64,000 nt of DNA from Eledone cirrhosa (lineage: Eukaryota): the NCBI GenBank assembly GCA_964016885.1, contig OZ024741.1, forward strand, positions 37,200,001-37,264,000, given 5' to 3'. A model generated the notes under the pieces. That model had not been told where the DNA came from and ran no database searches. It was given only the letters and a program-made list of their open reading frames with translations. The position numbers and the translations under genes are program-made. This document shows, one piece after another, positions 40,782 to 54,428 of this stretch. Position 1 is the first letter of the stretch. Each line of letters opens with the position of its first letter.

Positions 40782-41478
40782 ATCATAAGCAAACTGAAAG
40801 AAAAACATAGCACAAGAGGAATTAGATGTAATGTGCAAAAGAGAAGACTGCGCTGGTATGGACATGTGATGTGCATGGAAGATAACAGTTGCATAAACAA
40901 ATGCAGAGAAACTCCAGTTGCTGGGACCTGTGGAAGAGGTAGACCCGAGAAGACATGAGATGAGGTTGTGAAGACCGACTTTAAAAAAACTAAATCCTAC
41001 AACAGAAATGACTAAAGACCACAAGGGCTAGCGCTTTGTGGTGCTGAAGAAGACCTGACCTGCAACATACAATGTGGCCTGACTTCACCCCCACCTCCAT
41101 CACTGGTCACTAACAGCAGTCCTCAACACCACTACAACTCCTCACCATGCACACCACATGCCCCCTCCCCACAAACGTTCCTAACTGCTGCCCCCTTGTG
41201 AAGTGGTTGGTGATAGGAAGGGCATCCAACTGTAGAAAGCCTGCCAAACAAAGGCTTGGGAGGACCCTCAGTTGGATCAAAGACATGACAACTTCCCCTG
41301 TGCACTTGGTAGAATGTGAGACCATACATAAGTGAGACAATAGATCCATGGCTTGGCTGGGGGGTCAGTAGCCACCACCACCACCACCACTTCAGTACTG
41401 ACTTAATCTATGTAGACCCATCAAACCCTTGCTAGCAGGGAAAGTGGACATTAAAACAACGATGATATGATGATGATA
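40782..41478 (+). mobile_element. Older RTE 3' fragment
   Basis: RGIRCNVQKRRLRWYGHVM..GRGRPEKT; 3'UTR motif GGAAGGGCATCCA. Confidence 0.85.
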
Positions 41479-42484
41479 ATACATAGTAACAGCACTAACA
41501 CAGTGGGATTCAGAATAAAGGCATTTATGAACCTATATACAATATATTTACATATGATAAACATACATTTAATCCCCCTGTGAGTATTTTAAGCTGTGAT
41601 CATGTCACAGCTACCAGTAAGAGCAGTGGCGCGCATGCATTTCATTGTTGCTACAGTTCATCAACAGCTGCTTAATTAAACCTGGATGCTGAGATATGAA
41701 AAACAATATATATAACCTAATAGATTTTGTAAACTAACTATTTTTGATAAAAACTCTTTTAGATATAGGGCAAACTTGACTGGGTAGTATTAACCATTTG
41801 GATACCAAACTGGCTGAACCTATTTAACTACAGTTAACTTACATGTTTATTATATCTTTGCATCTTAGTGTCTATGTGTATGTGTATGTATTAATTGGTT
41901 GATTGGAAGATTCATTAGAGCATCAGATCAAATGCTTTTTTTAATATTTGTTCCAGCGCTCTGTATTCTGAGTTGAAATCTTGCCAAAATCTACTTAATT
42001 TTTCAACCTTTCAGGATCAATAAAAAAAGAAGAACTCTCCCTATCATCATCGTTTAACATCCATTTTCCATGCTAGAATGGGTTAGACAGGTTGTCCCAT
42101 TTGAGGTAAGTTGGGTCAGGTGACCATGTCTTGCTTATATAGGACTGTTTCTGGCTAGATTTCTACAGCTCAATGCCCTTCCTAAACCAAAGTAGTTATA
42201 TATTGCTTTCTCCCTGAGCTATCATATCCTGGATGTCTGACTAGGTGGAAAAGTCCATGGGGTGTCTGGGCATCACAAGCCATTAACGAAAGCATGCTAC
42301 ATTCTACCAAGCCAATCACAGTTGTGAGTGATGGCCAAATGACTGGAAGCCCTATCTGATGCCAAACTATAGTTTAATTTTAAGTATATACTGCAGAACT
42401 GCTATGATATGGGATATATTGTTTATGTGGGACATAAACATATGTTACAACTTAATTATAAGGTAGCCATGTGAAGACACATTT

Positions 42485-42533
<49 letters not shown>

Positions 42534-42560
42534 CACTCATTTATTATGTCTAAGCAGTGT

Positions 42561-42613
42561 GTCCTGTTACTCTGGAGTTTCACCTGTACACTCGCAGGAT
42601 CATCAGGCAAGAC
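42561..42613 (-). ncRNA. Hammerhead ribozyme-like motif in a PLE pLTR fragment; 3' half of a relative at ~6350-6390(+)
   Basis: Minus strand reads GTCTTGC-CTGATGA-TCCTG..CAGGT-GAAA-CTCCAGAG-TA-ACAGGAC. Confidence 0.62.
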
Positions 42614-42691
42614 TTGTCTGATGATAAATGAATATTTAAACTCTACTTTAGTATTGAGTACGTTTTTTTCATGTCTGTCAATAGCACATGA

Positions 42692-42753
<62 letters not shown>

Positions 42754-43307
42754 AAAAGGTAAACAGAAATAACAACACAATCGGTACAGTATATGGAAGG
42801 AATATATTAGGTTAACGCTTGAAATAGCAGGAAGAGAGTCTTCACGTTTCGGACGCTAGTTTGAAGGGATGGGCGGGGTGGAATTGGAAAAAATGTCTTT
42901 AGATAAAAATAACAGGTCCATTCAAGTTGCCATCTCTTGGAATATATATAATTATTATGGTTACTTGGTGTGGCTCCGTTGTAGTAACTAACCTTAATAG
43001 TTATATTAAAACTTTCCCTACAGACATGAGTTAGATATTTCTATCAAGTTATTAACACAATATATATGTGTGTGTAGGGGGGCGGGGGGTATGTTTGTAA
43101 TATATATATATGTATCTATATATCTATCTCTCTCTCTGTCTCTCTCTATCTCTCTCTCTCTATATATATATATATAAGCAAAGAGATATTTCATTTGTTG
43201 GTAATTCAACAAATATATTTATAACAGATTCGAAGCACTCGACAAGTTTTCTGGAGTATAATATCAATGATATTAATAAATGGAGACTATATTTATAAAA
43301 CCATATT

Positions 43308-43368
43308 TATTCTATTATATATATTTCAAGGGTACCAAAACTTTGGTACACTCTCATCAGATAAAATA
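43308..43368 (-). ncRNA. Minimal hammerhead motif in a solo pLTR related to the 13121 copy
   Basis: Minus strand reads TATTTTAT-CTGATGA-GAGTGTACCAAAGTTTTGGTACCCTT-GAAA-TATATA-TA-ATAGAATA. Confidence 0.78.
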
Positions 43369-43439
43369 CAAAATTTGTTTTATAAATAGTGACATACCCA
43401 GGAATCAGACCTTAATGGTTTAAGTTCGGAACTTGATAC

Positions 43440-45060
43440 CCTTGCTGACTGTTTCTTTATACATGGCTTGTATAGTTCTCACAAGCCATTCATCGACACC
43501 TAGTTTTCTAAGAGCCCACCAGATAATGGAGTGGGGGACTCTGTCAAAGGCTTTTTTCAGGTCTACAAAAGCTAAGTATAGGGGTTTACTTTTAGCTAGG
43601 TACTTCTGAAGTTGTCGTACAAGGAAAAGAGCGTCTGTGGTACTTTTACCTGACACAAACCCAAACTGCATTTCATCTAGATCAATTCACTCTCTGATTA
43701 GTTGCGCTACAACTCTTTCTGTGACCTTCATGACCTGGTCATCATTACGGACACACTTCTCCCCGACAATATCACGGTTTTCCTTGATACATTGTCTAGC
43801 AATCCTGAACACCTTACGTTTTTGGTCCTCACGTTGTAGAACATGCTTGAACTTTCTATCCTCTGCTTCCCTTTTTGCAAAGTACACTTGTCTCCTAGCC
43901 ACTTGATAGTCTTCTTTACTTCCCCCATCCTGCCATACTTTCCAAGCCTGCTTTTGGGCCTTGATTGCCTCCTCCACCTTACTGTTCCACCACCAAGTTA
44001 CTCTCCTCCTGCCAATAGGTCTGCTCCAGCCACAGATTTCATCCGTCGCTTTCAGCAAGTTCACTTTCAAGAAATCCCACTGTTCCTATATATTGTACGT
44101 CTCTAATTGCTCTTCCTTATTGTCAAAAGCATCAAGTAATAAGCTTTTAAATTTGCCACTGACTATGGGGTCCATCAACTTCTATATTTTTCTCCTCAAA
44201 GTAGTCCTCCTCTGTCATCGAGTACGTCTATTCCTGACTATGAGGTCACTAACTACTAGGCTATGTAGGGAGGTGCATTCTTCATGGGGGAGGGATTTAG
44301 TGTTTACAACAGACACTTTGTCACGTCTTCTGTAAGGATATAATCTATCTGGCTGGCGTGTTCCCCTGATCTATAGGTGATCAAGTGATTGTCTCATTTT
44401 TTGAAGTTTGAGTTAGAGATAGTTAGGTTATTAGTGTCACAGAATTCCAGGATTCTGAAGCCTTCCTCATTTCTATTACCAAACCCATAGCCTCCATGGA
44501 TTCCGTCATAGCCATCACTATGTTGTCCAATGTGACCATTTAGGTCACCAGCAATAATTAAGTAGTCACTGTTGGTTATTTGGGAGGTAGTGAGCATTAG
44601 CGACTCATAGAACCTGTCTTTTATAACGTCAGGTAGACCAGATTGGGGTGCATAAGCGGATATTATTGTCACAGTAGTTCTATTTAGAAGTAATCTTATT
44701 TCAATTATTCTGTCATTCACTCTATTTACATCAATTACCTTATCTACCCATTTTTCAGCTAGCATAATTCCTACTCCACCCGGTCGGTTGTCATTTCCCA
44801 TCCAGAAAAGTTTATAGCATCGTTTTTTACCCACGATGAATCTAGCAGACCCACCCCTCCACCTAGTCTCTTGAACACAACAAACATCAACTTCCTTACG
44901 TTCAAGCATCTCTACAACCTCATTTGAGCGACCTTTCAATGTGCCTACGCTCATAGTACCAACTCTGAAGTTGGGTGGGTGAAATGGATGGGTTGGAGGG
45001 GCAGGGAGGGGTGTGGGAGACGGAATTATGTTGGTCATTCATGTCTGAAATAAAGAGGGG
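43440..45060 (-). mobile_element. RTE LINE 5' portion (APE and start of RT), 3'-truncated and internally deleted
   Basis: FRVGTMSVGTLKG, VCCVQETRW, ISAYAPQ, GDLNGHIG, VTWWWN and FVDLKKAFDRV. Confidence 0.9.
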
Positions 45061-45590
45061 TCCTTGCATTCTCGTCCTGCAGCAGGAGGTGAATTTATCT
45101 TTATCTGTGACATTGTCATTGAGTGTTTAGACTTTCCAAATTCCGCAGTCAACCTAGCAGACTGAAAATCAACCAGGTCTAAACTTAAGGAGTAATAACC
45201 GAGGTGGTAGCTTTGCTATACAGATTTGTAAGAGAACTGACTATAAACCGCTGAGTTATGATTGGACCAAATAACAATGGTGGTGAGTGGGGGTGGGAGG
45301 ACGAGAAATGGGTAACTTTAGAAGAAGGTTAGTTTTTAGGAAGGGTCCAACCAGAATGAGGCATATTATTAAAAAACATGTAAAATATTAATTGAAAATC
45401 CCAGAGAAAAAGGAGAGATTAGAATTCTAGACTGGCATAAATAAAAGTTTAAAACACTGTTCATCAAATGGACTACAGAAAAATGGAAAGACAGGTGTTT
45501 TGCTTACATTTCTCAAATTGACAAATCGTCCATACACAATCGTCCATACACAAACACACACATGCACTCACACATATCCACACAAAGACT

Positions 45591-45621
<31 letters not shown>

Positions 45622-46121
45622 ATATTTACACACACTCACACAGACACTCACGCACACATACAGACACACATACACACACAAACACCATCACACACACACT
45701 CACACAAAGTCCCACACACAGTCACATACACACACACACAGAGTCACACACAGATACACACACGCACACAAACACTCACTCATACTCACACACAGTGACA
45801 CACACTCACACACACTCACTCACATGCACACAGTTACACACACAAACACTCACACACACAGAGACACACACACAGACACACACACACACACACTCACACA
45901 CACTCAATCACACACAGTGACACAAACACTCACACACACACAGAGACACACACACATACACACATATATACACACACACTCAATCACACAGTGACACAAA
46001 CACACACACTCACACACACTCAATCACACACAGTGACACAAACACTCACACACACAGAGACACACAATAACAAACACTCACACACACACAGACACACACA
46101 CACACACTCACACACACTCAA

Positions 46122-46187
<66 letters not shown>

Positions 46188-46725
46188 TTTGTTAGGACTG
46201 TCTTTGCATGTCAAGCGAAATTCTTAGGTTGAGAGGAGGGAGAGAAATGGCAGTAAAGCTTAGTTTCCAATTGCTGTGGACCACTTAGTGTTACAGTGTC
46301 AGCTGCTGCTGAAAGATGGTAGGTCATGCTCATTAATTGATGTAGGGGGGACGAGGAGGTAGATGGTAGTCTTTGTGTACAGAGATGGGGTGGGTGGTGG
46401 TGGTTGGAGGAGGGGTGAAGAACAAACACTGTTTACACAAGCATACACACACATTCATAGACAAATGCACACATGCACACTCACTCTTAAACACATGCAC
46501 ATAGATACACAAACGCGCACATGCACACTCACTCGTATACACACATGCTTATACATACACAAACGTACACATGCACACTCACTCGTATACACACATGCAC
46601 ATACATACACAACCGCACATATGCACACTCACTCGTATTCACACATATACATGTATATATGCATGTGTGTATATGTTCATTTATTGTCTGCTTTGTCCAT
46701 GCTAGTATGGACTGGATAGTATGTA

Positions 46726-47084
<359 letters not shown>

Positions 47085-47798
47085 AGGCACATGGCTTAGT
47101 GGTTAGAGCATTGGCCTCGCAATCGAAAGTTTGTGAGTTCAATTCTCAGACAGGGTGATGTGTTGTTTCCTTGAGCAAGACACATTGCTCCAGTTTACTC
47201 AGCTGTAGAAATGAGATGATAGGGACTGGGGTCCCTATCATTCCACTGCAAAGTGGTCGTGGAGGTGTCACGGCAAAAACCACCCAGCACTCACTGTAAA
47301 TGAGGTTGGTGTTAGGAAGGGCATCCAGCTGTAGAAATCAAGCCAGTATCAGTTCCCGTCCCACCCTTGCAAGCAGGGAGAAGTGGACGTAAAATGATGA
47401 TGATGATGACATGATGATGATATATCATCATTTCATTTTACGTGCGCTTTTCCCTGCTTGCAAGGGTGGGACGGGAACTGATTCTGGCTTGATTTCTACA
47501 GTTGGATGGCCTTCCTAACACCAACCTCATTTACAGTGAGTGCTGGGTGCTTTTTTGCTGTGGCACATCCACGACCACTTTGCAGTCGAATGATATGGAC
47601 CCCAGTCCCTATCATCTCATTTCTACAGCTGAGTAAACTGGAAACAACACATCACCCAGTCTGAGAATTGAACTCACAACCTTTTGATTGCTCTAACCAC
47701 TAAGCTATAGGGATCCCAGTCCTATCAGCTGAGTAAACTGGAGCAATCACCTGGTCAGATAATTGAACTCACAACCTTTTGATTACAAGGTTATATAT

Positions 47799-49638
47799 AT
47801 GCAGTTCGGGTTTGTGTCAGGCAAAAGTACCACAGACGCTCTTTTCATTGTACGACAACTACAGGAGAAGTACCTAACTAAAAGTAAACCCCTATACTTA
47901 GCTTTCGTCGACTTGGAGAAAGCCTTCGACAGAGTCCCCCGTTCCATTATCTGGTGGTCTCTTAGAAAACTAGGTGTTGACGAATGGCTTGTGAAAGCTA
48001 TACAAGCCATGTATAAAGAAACAGTCAGTAAGGTTAGAATTAACAACGAATATAGTGAAGAGTTTAGCGTAAAAGTTGGTGTCCATCAGGGCTCTGTTCT
48101 TAGCCCCCTACTATTTATTATTGGCCTTCAGGCTATAACAGAGGAGTTCAAGACCGGCTGCGCATGGGAACTCCTATACGCAGATGATCTAACGCTCATA
48201 GCTGAATCAATGACCGAACTAGAGAAGAAATTCCAAACATGGAAGCACGGCCTAGAATCAAAAGGCCTTAAAATTAACCTGGCTAAGACTAAAGTTCTAG
48301 TTTGTAGGAAAGAAAATAAGGCGGCGGTCCCATCTGGGAAATGGCCATGCTCAGTGTGTAGGAAAGGCGTAGGTAGAAACTCCATTTTATGTCCCAAATG
48401 CAAAGTATGGGTGCATAAAAGATGTAGTGGGATCACAGGTAAGCTAACTAAGAACATAGATTTTACATGTGGCCGGTGCTCTGGTGCAATAAGTAGCAGC
48501 AAGTGCCCACAAAATACTAGCTCCTTCAACTGCGCAGAGGGTTCTATAGAAATAGTGGACAGCTTCCGTTACCTGGGTGACAAAATCAGCAGTGGGGGAG
48601 GGTGCTCTGAAAGTACAGTAGCTAGAGTCAGAACTGGATAGAAAAAGTTCAGAGAGCTTATATCACTATTAGCCGCTAGAGGGTTCTCCCTAAAAATGAA
48701 AGGCAGGTTATACGATGCCTGCATACGAACAGCAATACTGCATGGCAGTGAGACCTGGGCATTGTGTGCAGAGGATATACGCAGACTAGAGAGGAACGAA
48801 GCTTGCATGCTCCGCTGGATGTGCAATAGTAATATACGTGAACGGCAAAGCATAAACGAACTAAGGAAAAAATTAGAAATAAGAGGGATCAGATGTTGTT
48901 TACTCGAGAGAAGGCTACGTTGGTACGGTCACGTGATACGCATGAAAGACGACAGCTGTATAACAAAGTGCAGGGCAATAAAGATAGACGGTAGCCACGG
49001 AGTAGGCAGACCCAGAAAAACATGGGACGAGCTGATAAATTCCGACCTCACACGCTTACACCTCTCCAAGACAATGTCACTGGACCGAGACCTTTGGCGG
49101 TACTCAGTAATAGAGAAGACCCGCCTTACCTAAATACAAAGTAAAAACCTACTACAGTCAGTAGGCATCTCTATCAAAACACCCCCCCGTCCCACCACCT
49201 CCACCCCATCCACACCGCCCCTTTCAATGTAAAGTTATGTTGGTCCCACAACATCCAGGCCGAAACAAATGAGATCGTGTAGGTGTCATGACAAAAAACA
49301 CACAGTCCACGCTGTAAATGTGGCCGTGTAGGCAACACGGTAAAAACCTCCCAGCCCCACACTGTAAATGTGGTTGGTGTTAGGAAGGGCATCCAGCTGT
49401 AGAAAACCCGCCAGACAGTCCACGCTGTAATGTGGCCGTGTAGGCAACACGGTAAAAACCTCCCAGCCCCACACTGTAAATGTGGTTGGTGTTAGGAAGG
49501 GCATCCAACTGTAGAAAACCCGCCAGACAGTCCTATGCGAGCAAGACAACCACTCTTGCCTCAAGTGGGAAAACCCCCGTCCAAACCCATGCAAGCGTGG
49601 AACACGGACGCTAAACCTGATGATGATGATGATGATGA
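47799..49638 (+). mobile_element. 5'-truncated RTE LINE, same family as 10237; 3'UTR has a ~120 bp tandem duplication
   Basis: QFGF..., YADDL, C4HC3 finger, VDSFRYLG and RRLRWYGHV; single stop at 48639. Confidence 0.93.
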
Positions 49639-49649
49639 TATATATATAT

Positions 49650-51010
49650 ATGGGAGGGTCATATTTGTGTAATATTGCCAGCATTAATAACAGAACACAC
49701 TCACTGTTTGGTTGGTTTTCGCTTTTCGCTTTTCGCATACAGTTCTCTGGCTACAACCAAAGAGACAGAGTCAGAGTATACGAAGGAGCCATGGAAAAGT
49801 ATAAGACCCTCATAGAACTGGACATGAAAGGAATTTGCCCATTATACAGGAGCAAATCATGGAATAGCTTAGATAGGGCTAGACATAAGATAGGGAAAGC
49901 CACCTCATGGTACGACAACCAGAGATACCAGAGTGTCATGTTTGTGGATGCTACTCCTGGAGGGAAATTAGCTAACCAGTGTAGAAAGGCCCTGAGAAAG
50001 ACCCACTTAAAGATTAAGGTGGTAGAAAAGCCAGGAACCACCATAAAATCCCTGATCAGCAAAACCAACCCTTTTAAGAAAACCCACTGTACTAATAGGA
50101 AATGTATCATATGTAAGGTAAACCCCCGGATAAACTGTAAAACTAGAAACGTAGTCTATAGCATAAGATGTACAGAGGGTACTTGCAGAAACATGACTAC
50201 AACATACATAGGCGAGACAGCTCGTAGCATAGGTGAAAGGATAGACCAACACTGGGGGGAACTAAAAGGACGAAAAAACGGGTCAGTACTATACGAACAT
50301 GCCAGACAACAACACGACGGTAATATAGACAACATAGAAATTAGAATAATATCTAAACATAGAAATGACCCAGCAGATAGGCAAATCAGAGAGGCCAGTG
50401 AAATAGAACTTAGAAGGCCAAGACTAAACAGAAAGAATGAATGGAATAACAACAACACCCAAACAAACAACACTGACCTAAGAGAAGTATAAATAAATAA
50501 ATAAATAGATAAATAAATAAATAAATACATACACAAGCACAGTAACAACAAACACATATACACACACACACTAGTAAAGATAGAATACATTAACCGATAC
50601 ACAGTCACCCAATCACGAACACACATCAAACAAAACACTATACACACACGCAAACGCATGCGCAAAGAAGACAAAATAAAATAAACAAACGAACAAATAA
50701 ATAAATATATAAACAGACTAAATAAAGATGGCGTAGACATACAATGTAACGGGAGGAAACAATAGCACCACTGACGATGTTGCAGATGTGCCACGAAAGA
50801 ACTTTGATAAACTATATATATGTGTTTGTGTCTATATTGTATCTGTATTATTTTTGACCGTTGGTCAGTCAATGGCAACATTGAGGACCAAATAAATTAG
50901 ATTACCGATATAAAAGACACAGAAGCGAAAAGCGAAAACCAACCAAACAGTGAATGTGTTCTGTTATTAATTCTGGCAATATTACACAAATATGACCCTC
51001 CCCAAGTATA
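49650..51010 (+). mobile_element. Penelope-like element 3 (3' part with open GIY-YIG frame, inverted pLTR)
   Basis: CTNRKCIIC..NVVYSIRC..YIGETARSIGERIDQH..HARQQH..RQIREA. 49651-49735 is inverted at ~50920-51004. Confidence 0.9.
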
Positions 51011-51071
51011 ACAATATTTGTTTCGACACACGATTTCATATAAAAAACCTCGCAAAACTAATTCATCACCG

Positions 51072-51112
<41 letters not shown>

Positions 51113-51530
51113 CTTGTAATCAAAAGGTTGTGAGTTCAATTCTCTGACCAGGTGATTGCTCCAGTTTACTCAGCTGTAGAAAAAAGATGATAGGACTGGG
51201 ATCCCTATCATTCCACTGCAAAGTGATCATGGAGGTGCCACGGCAAAAAAGCACCCAGCAATACTGTAAATGAGGTTGGTGTTAGGAAGCGCATCCAGCT
51301 GTAGAAATCAAGGCAGAATCAGTTCCCGTATGAGCAAGACAAGGTCAGCCAACCGGACACTGCCCACAACAGGACAACTCGTCTAACCCATGCTAGCATG
51401 TAAAAACGTTGATGATGATGATGCTATATATATATTTATATATATGTAAAAGATAAACAGAAATAACAACACAATCGGTACAGTATATGGAAGGGGTATA
51501 TTAGGTTAACGCTTCATTATATTTATGTAT

Positions 51531-52203
51531 ATCATCATCATCATCATCGTCATTTTATGTCCACTTTTCCCTGCTTGCAAGGGTTGGACAGGTCCTATTC
51601 AGCACGGCATCTCTCCACTTGTCACGGTCTGTTGTCATCTCCTCCACGAGCTTCAGCGGTCTGGGGTCTGCTCTCACCACCTCCGCCCATGTTTTTTGTA
51701 GTCTTCCTCTACTGCGTCTTCCTTCTACTGGGATTTCTTGGCACTACTTTACCCAGCAGTCATCCTCCATGTGCATCACATGTCCATACCATCTCAGTCT
51801 TCTCTCCCGCACACCACAACTTATCCCTCTTATACACAGTTTCTCTCTCAATTTATCTATGCTTGGTCGTTCATGCACATTGATATTGCACATCCTACGA
51901 AGCATGCTTGCTTCAATTTTCTCCAGCCGTCACATATCCTCCACAGTTGCTGGCCATGTCTCACTACCATGCAGCATCGCGCATCTCACACAGGCATCAT
52001 ATAACGGGCCTTTCGTACGCAGGGAAAATCCCTTCTTTGTCAACAGAGGAAGCAGCTCCTTAAACTTCTTCCAACCCGTCCTTATTCTAGATAATATGAC
52101 CTTGAAACACCCCTTACCATGCTAATCTGATCACCTAGGTACTGGAAGCTATCAACCACTTCCATAGAACCCACCTGCATTTGAAAAATGTGTCGATTAC
52201 TGC
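51531..52203 (-). mobile_element. RTE 3' fragment (family of 29111)
   Basis: High similarity to 29160-29810. Confidence 0.9.
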
Positions 52204-52232
52204 GATATATATATATATGTATATATATGTTA

Positions 52233-52315
<83 letters not shown>

Positions 52316-52522
52316 GTGAGGGTTTTTTTTACAAAATGAAAAATAACCGAGGTGTCCTACACGAGTGAAAGTATAAAGAAAAAGAGATGAAATCGAAAAT
52401 GCAACTGAAGTCTTATTTTTTTTAAAAATATATATATTTATTTGGTTCCTTTACCGGTTTCGCAGTTCTTCTGCTTTTCAAAAGGTGAGTTGAGATGGAG
52501 GGTCTGTGGTTTTTCTCACATC

Positions 52523-52560
<38 letters not shown>

Positions 52561-52570
52561 TACATATATA

Positions 52571-52608
<38 letters not shown>

Positions 52609-52618
52609 TACATATATA

Positions 52619-52651
<33 letters not shown>

Positions 52652-52679
52652 CATCATCATTTTACGTCCGCTTTGATGA

Positions 52680-52724
<45 letters not shown>

Positions 52725-52730
52725 TATATG

Positions 52731-52818
<88 letters not shown>

Positions 52819-52832
52819 TATATATATACAAA

Positions 52833-53690
52833 CGAGGTGGGTCAGAAAAGTTCCAGGACTGATGTCACAAAAGATTTATTTCAAACCCAAACTTCACACT
52901 GGGAGTTTTCTCCTTCAAAGTAATCCCCTGGAGTCTAATGCCCTTTTCCATCCTTTACTGCCATGCTTGCATGCACTCCTGGAAGGATTCTTCTGGGATC
53001 CTCAACGTCTTCAAAATGGGTCCCCTCCGGGTCGTACTCGAAGATCCATGACTCATCACCGGTGATGACTGTCCCTAGCTACTCTGGTTCGGTTTCAAGA
53101 CGCTTGAGGATATCCTGGCACACTTGCATGCGTCGACGCTTCTGGTCATCGTTCAGCAGTTTTGGCACCATCTTCGCGCAGACTTTCCGCATGTCCAAAT
53201 CTTCAGTGAGAATCTTCCAGATGCTGTCCCGATTCATGCCCAGCTCATTTGCCGTCAGTCGAACAGTCAGCCGACGATCGCTACGCACCATCTGCCTGAC
53301 GCGCTCAACGTTCACCTCAGTCCTGGTTGTTGAGGGCCTTCTGCTCCTGGGGGTCATCTTCCACGTCCTCGCGTCCTTTTTTAAACCTCTTGCACCCTCA
53401 AAAACACATGAGCGTGACATCGTCTCATCTCCATACACTTACTGCAGCAATCCCAGTGCTTCTGACGGAGTTTTCAAGTTTGTTCGTTGCTCTGTGCTCA
53501 TTGCTTGACGACCTGAAACAGAGGACATGTATATAAAATTATGAAGAAAAAAGTTTGATCGCTGCAGAGAGCTAAGATTACAGTTACATACTCCAGGGGG
53601 ATTACTTTGAAGGAGAAAACTCTTGTGTAAAGTTTGGGTTTGAAATAAATCTTGTGTGACATCAGTCCTGGAACTTTTCTGACACACCGT
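52833..53690 (-). mobile_element. Internally deleted mariner with ~100 bp TIRs
   Basis: 52833-52934 is inverted at ~53590-53690. ORF contains YGDETMSRS, RPSTTRT, DRRLTVR, RKVCAKMVPKLL and VITGDESW. Confidence 0.9.
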
Positions 53691-53691
53691 G

Positions 53692-54428
53692 TACGTCCAT
53701 TCTTCCATGCTAGCATGGGTTAGACTGGTTGTCCAGTTGTGGGCAGTAGCCGGTCGGCTGATCATGTCTTGCTCATATAGGAACTGATTCTGGCTTGATT
53801 TCTACAGCTGGATGCCCTTCCTAACACCAACCTCATTTATAGTGAGTGCTGAGTGTTTTTTTCTGTGGCACCTACACGTCCACTTTACAGTGTGGGCTGG
53901 GTGCTTTTTTGCCGTGGCACCTCCATGACCACTTTGCAGTGAGAGCGGGTGGAGGCATATTGTCTATATGCCTCAGCTTCGGCTTGTACCCATGGAGGGT
54001 CGGGTCTTCTGTATTACTGCGTGACACCAGAGGTCACGGTCATGTGTCATCGCCTTTGAGAGGTGTAATTGGTTAAGGTCAGCTTTTATCACCTCATCCC
54101 AGGTCTTCTTGAGTCTCCCCATTCTGCGGCTTCCATCGACTTCTAGTGTTCTGCACCTTTATGCAGCTGTCATCCTTCATACACATGACATGTCCATACC
54201 AACACAACCTCCTCTCCTGCACGCAGCATTTGATTCCCCTTATGCTCAGTCTCTCTCTCAATTCGTTTATGTTCTGCCGTTCACGTATATTACTATTACA
54301 CATCCATTGGAGCATGCAGGCTTCTTTTCTTTCTAATCTAAGCAAGTCTTCTACAGACAGCGCCCAGGTCTCACTACCATGTAACATTGCTGTTTGTATA
54401 CACACATCATATAGTCTGCCCTTCATAT
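53692..54428 (-). mobile_element. RTE 3' fragment (family of 12221)
   Basis: MKGRLYDVCIQTAMLHGSETW..RRLCWYGHVM and 3'UTR. Confidence 0.9.
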
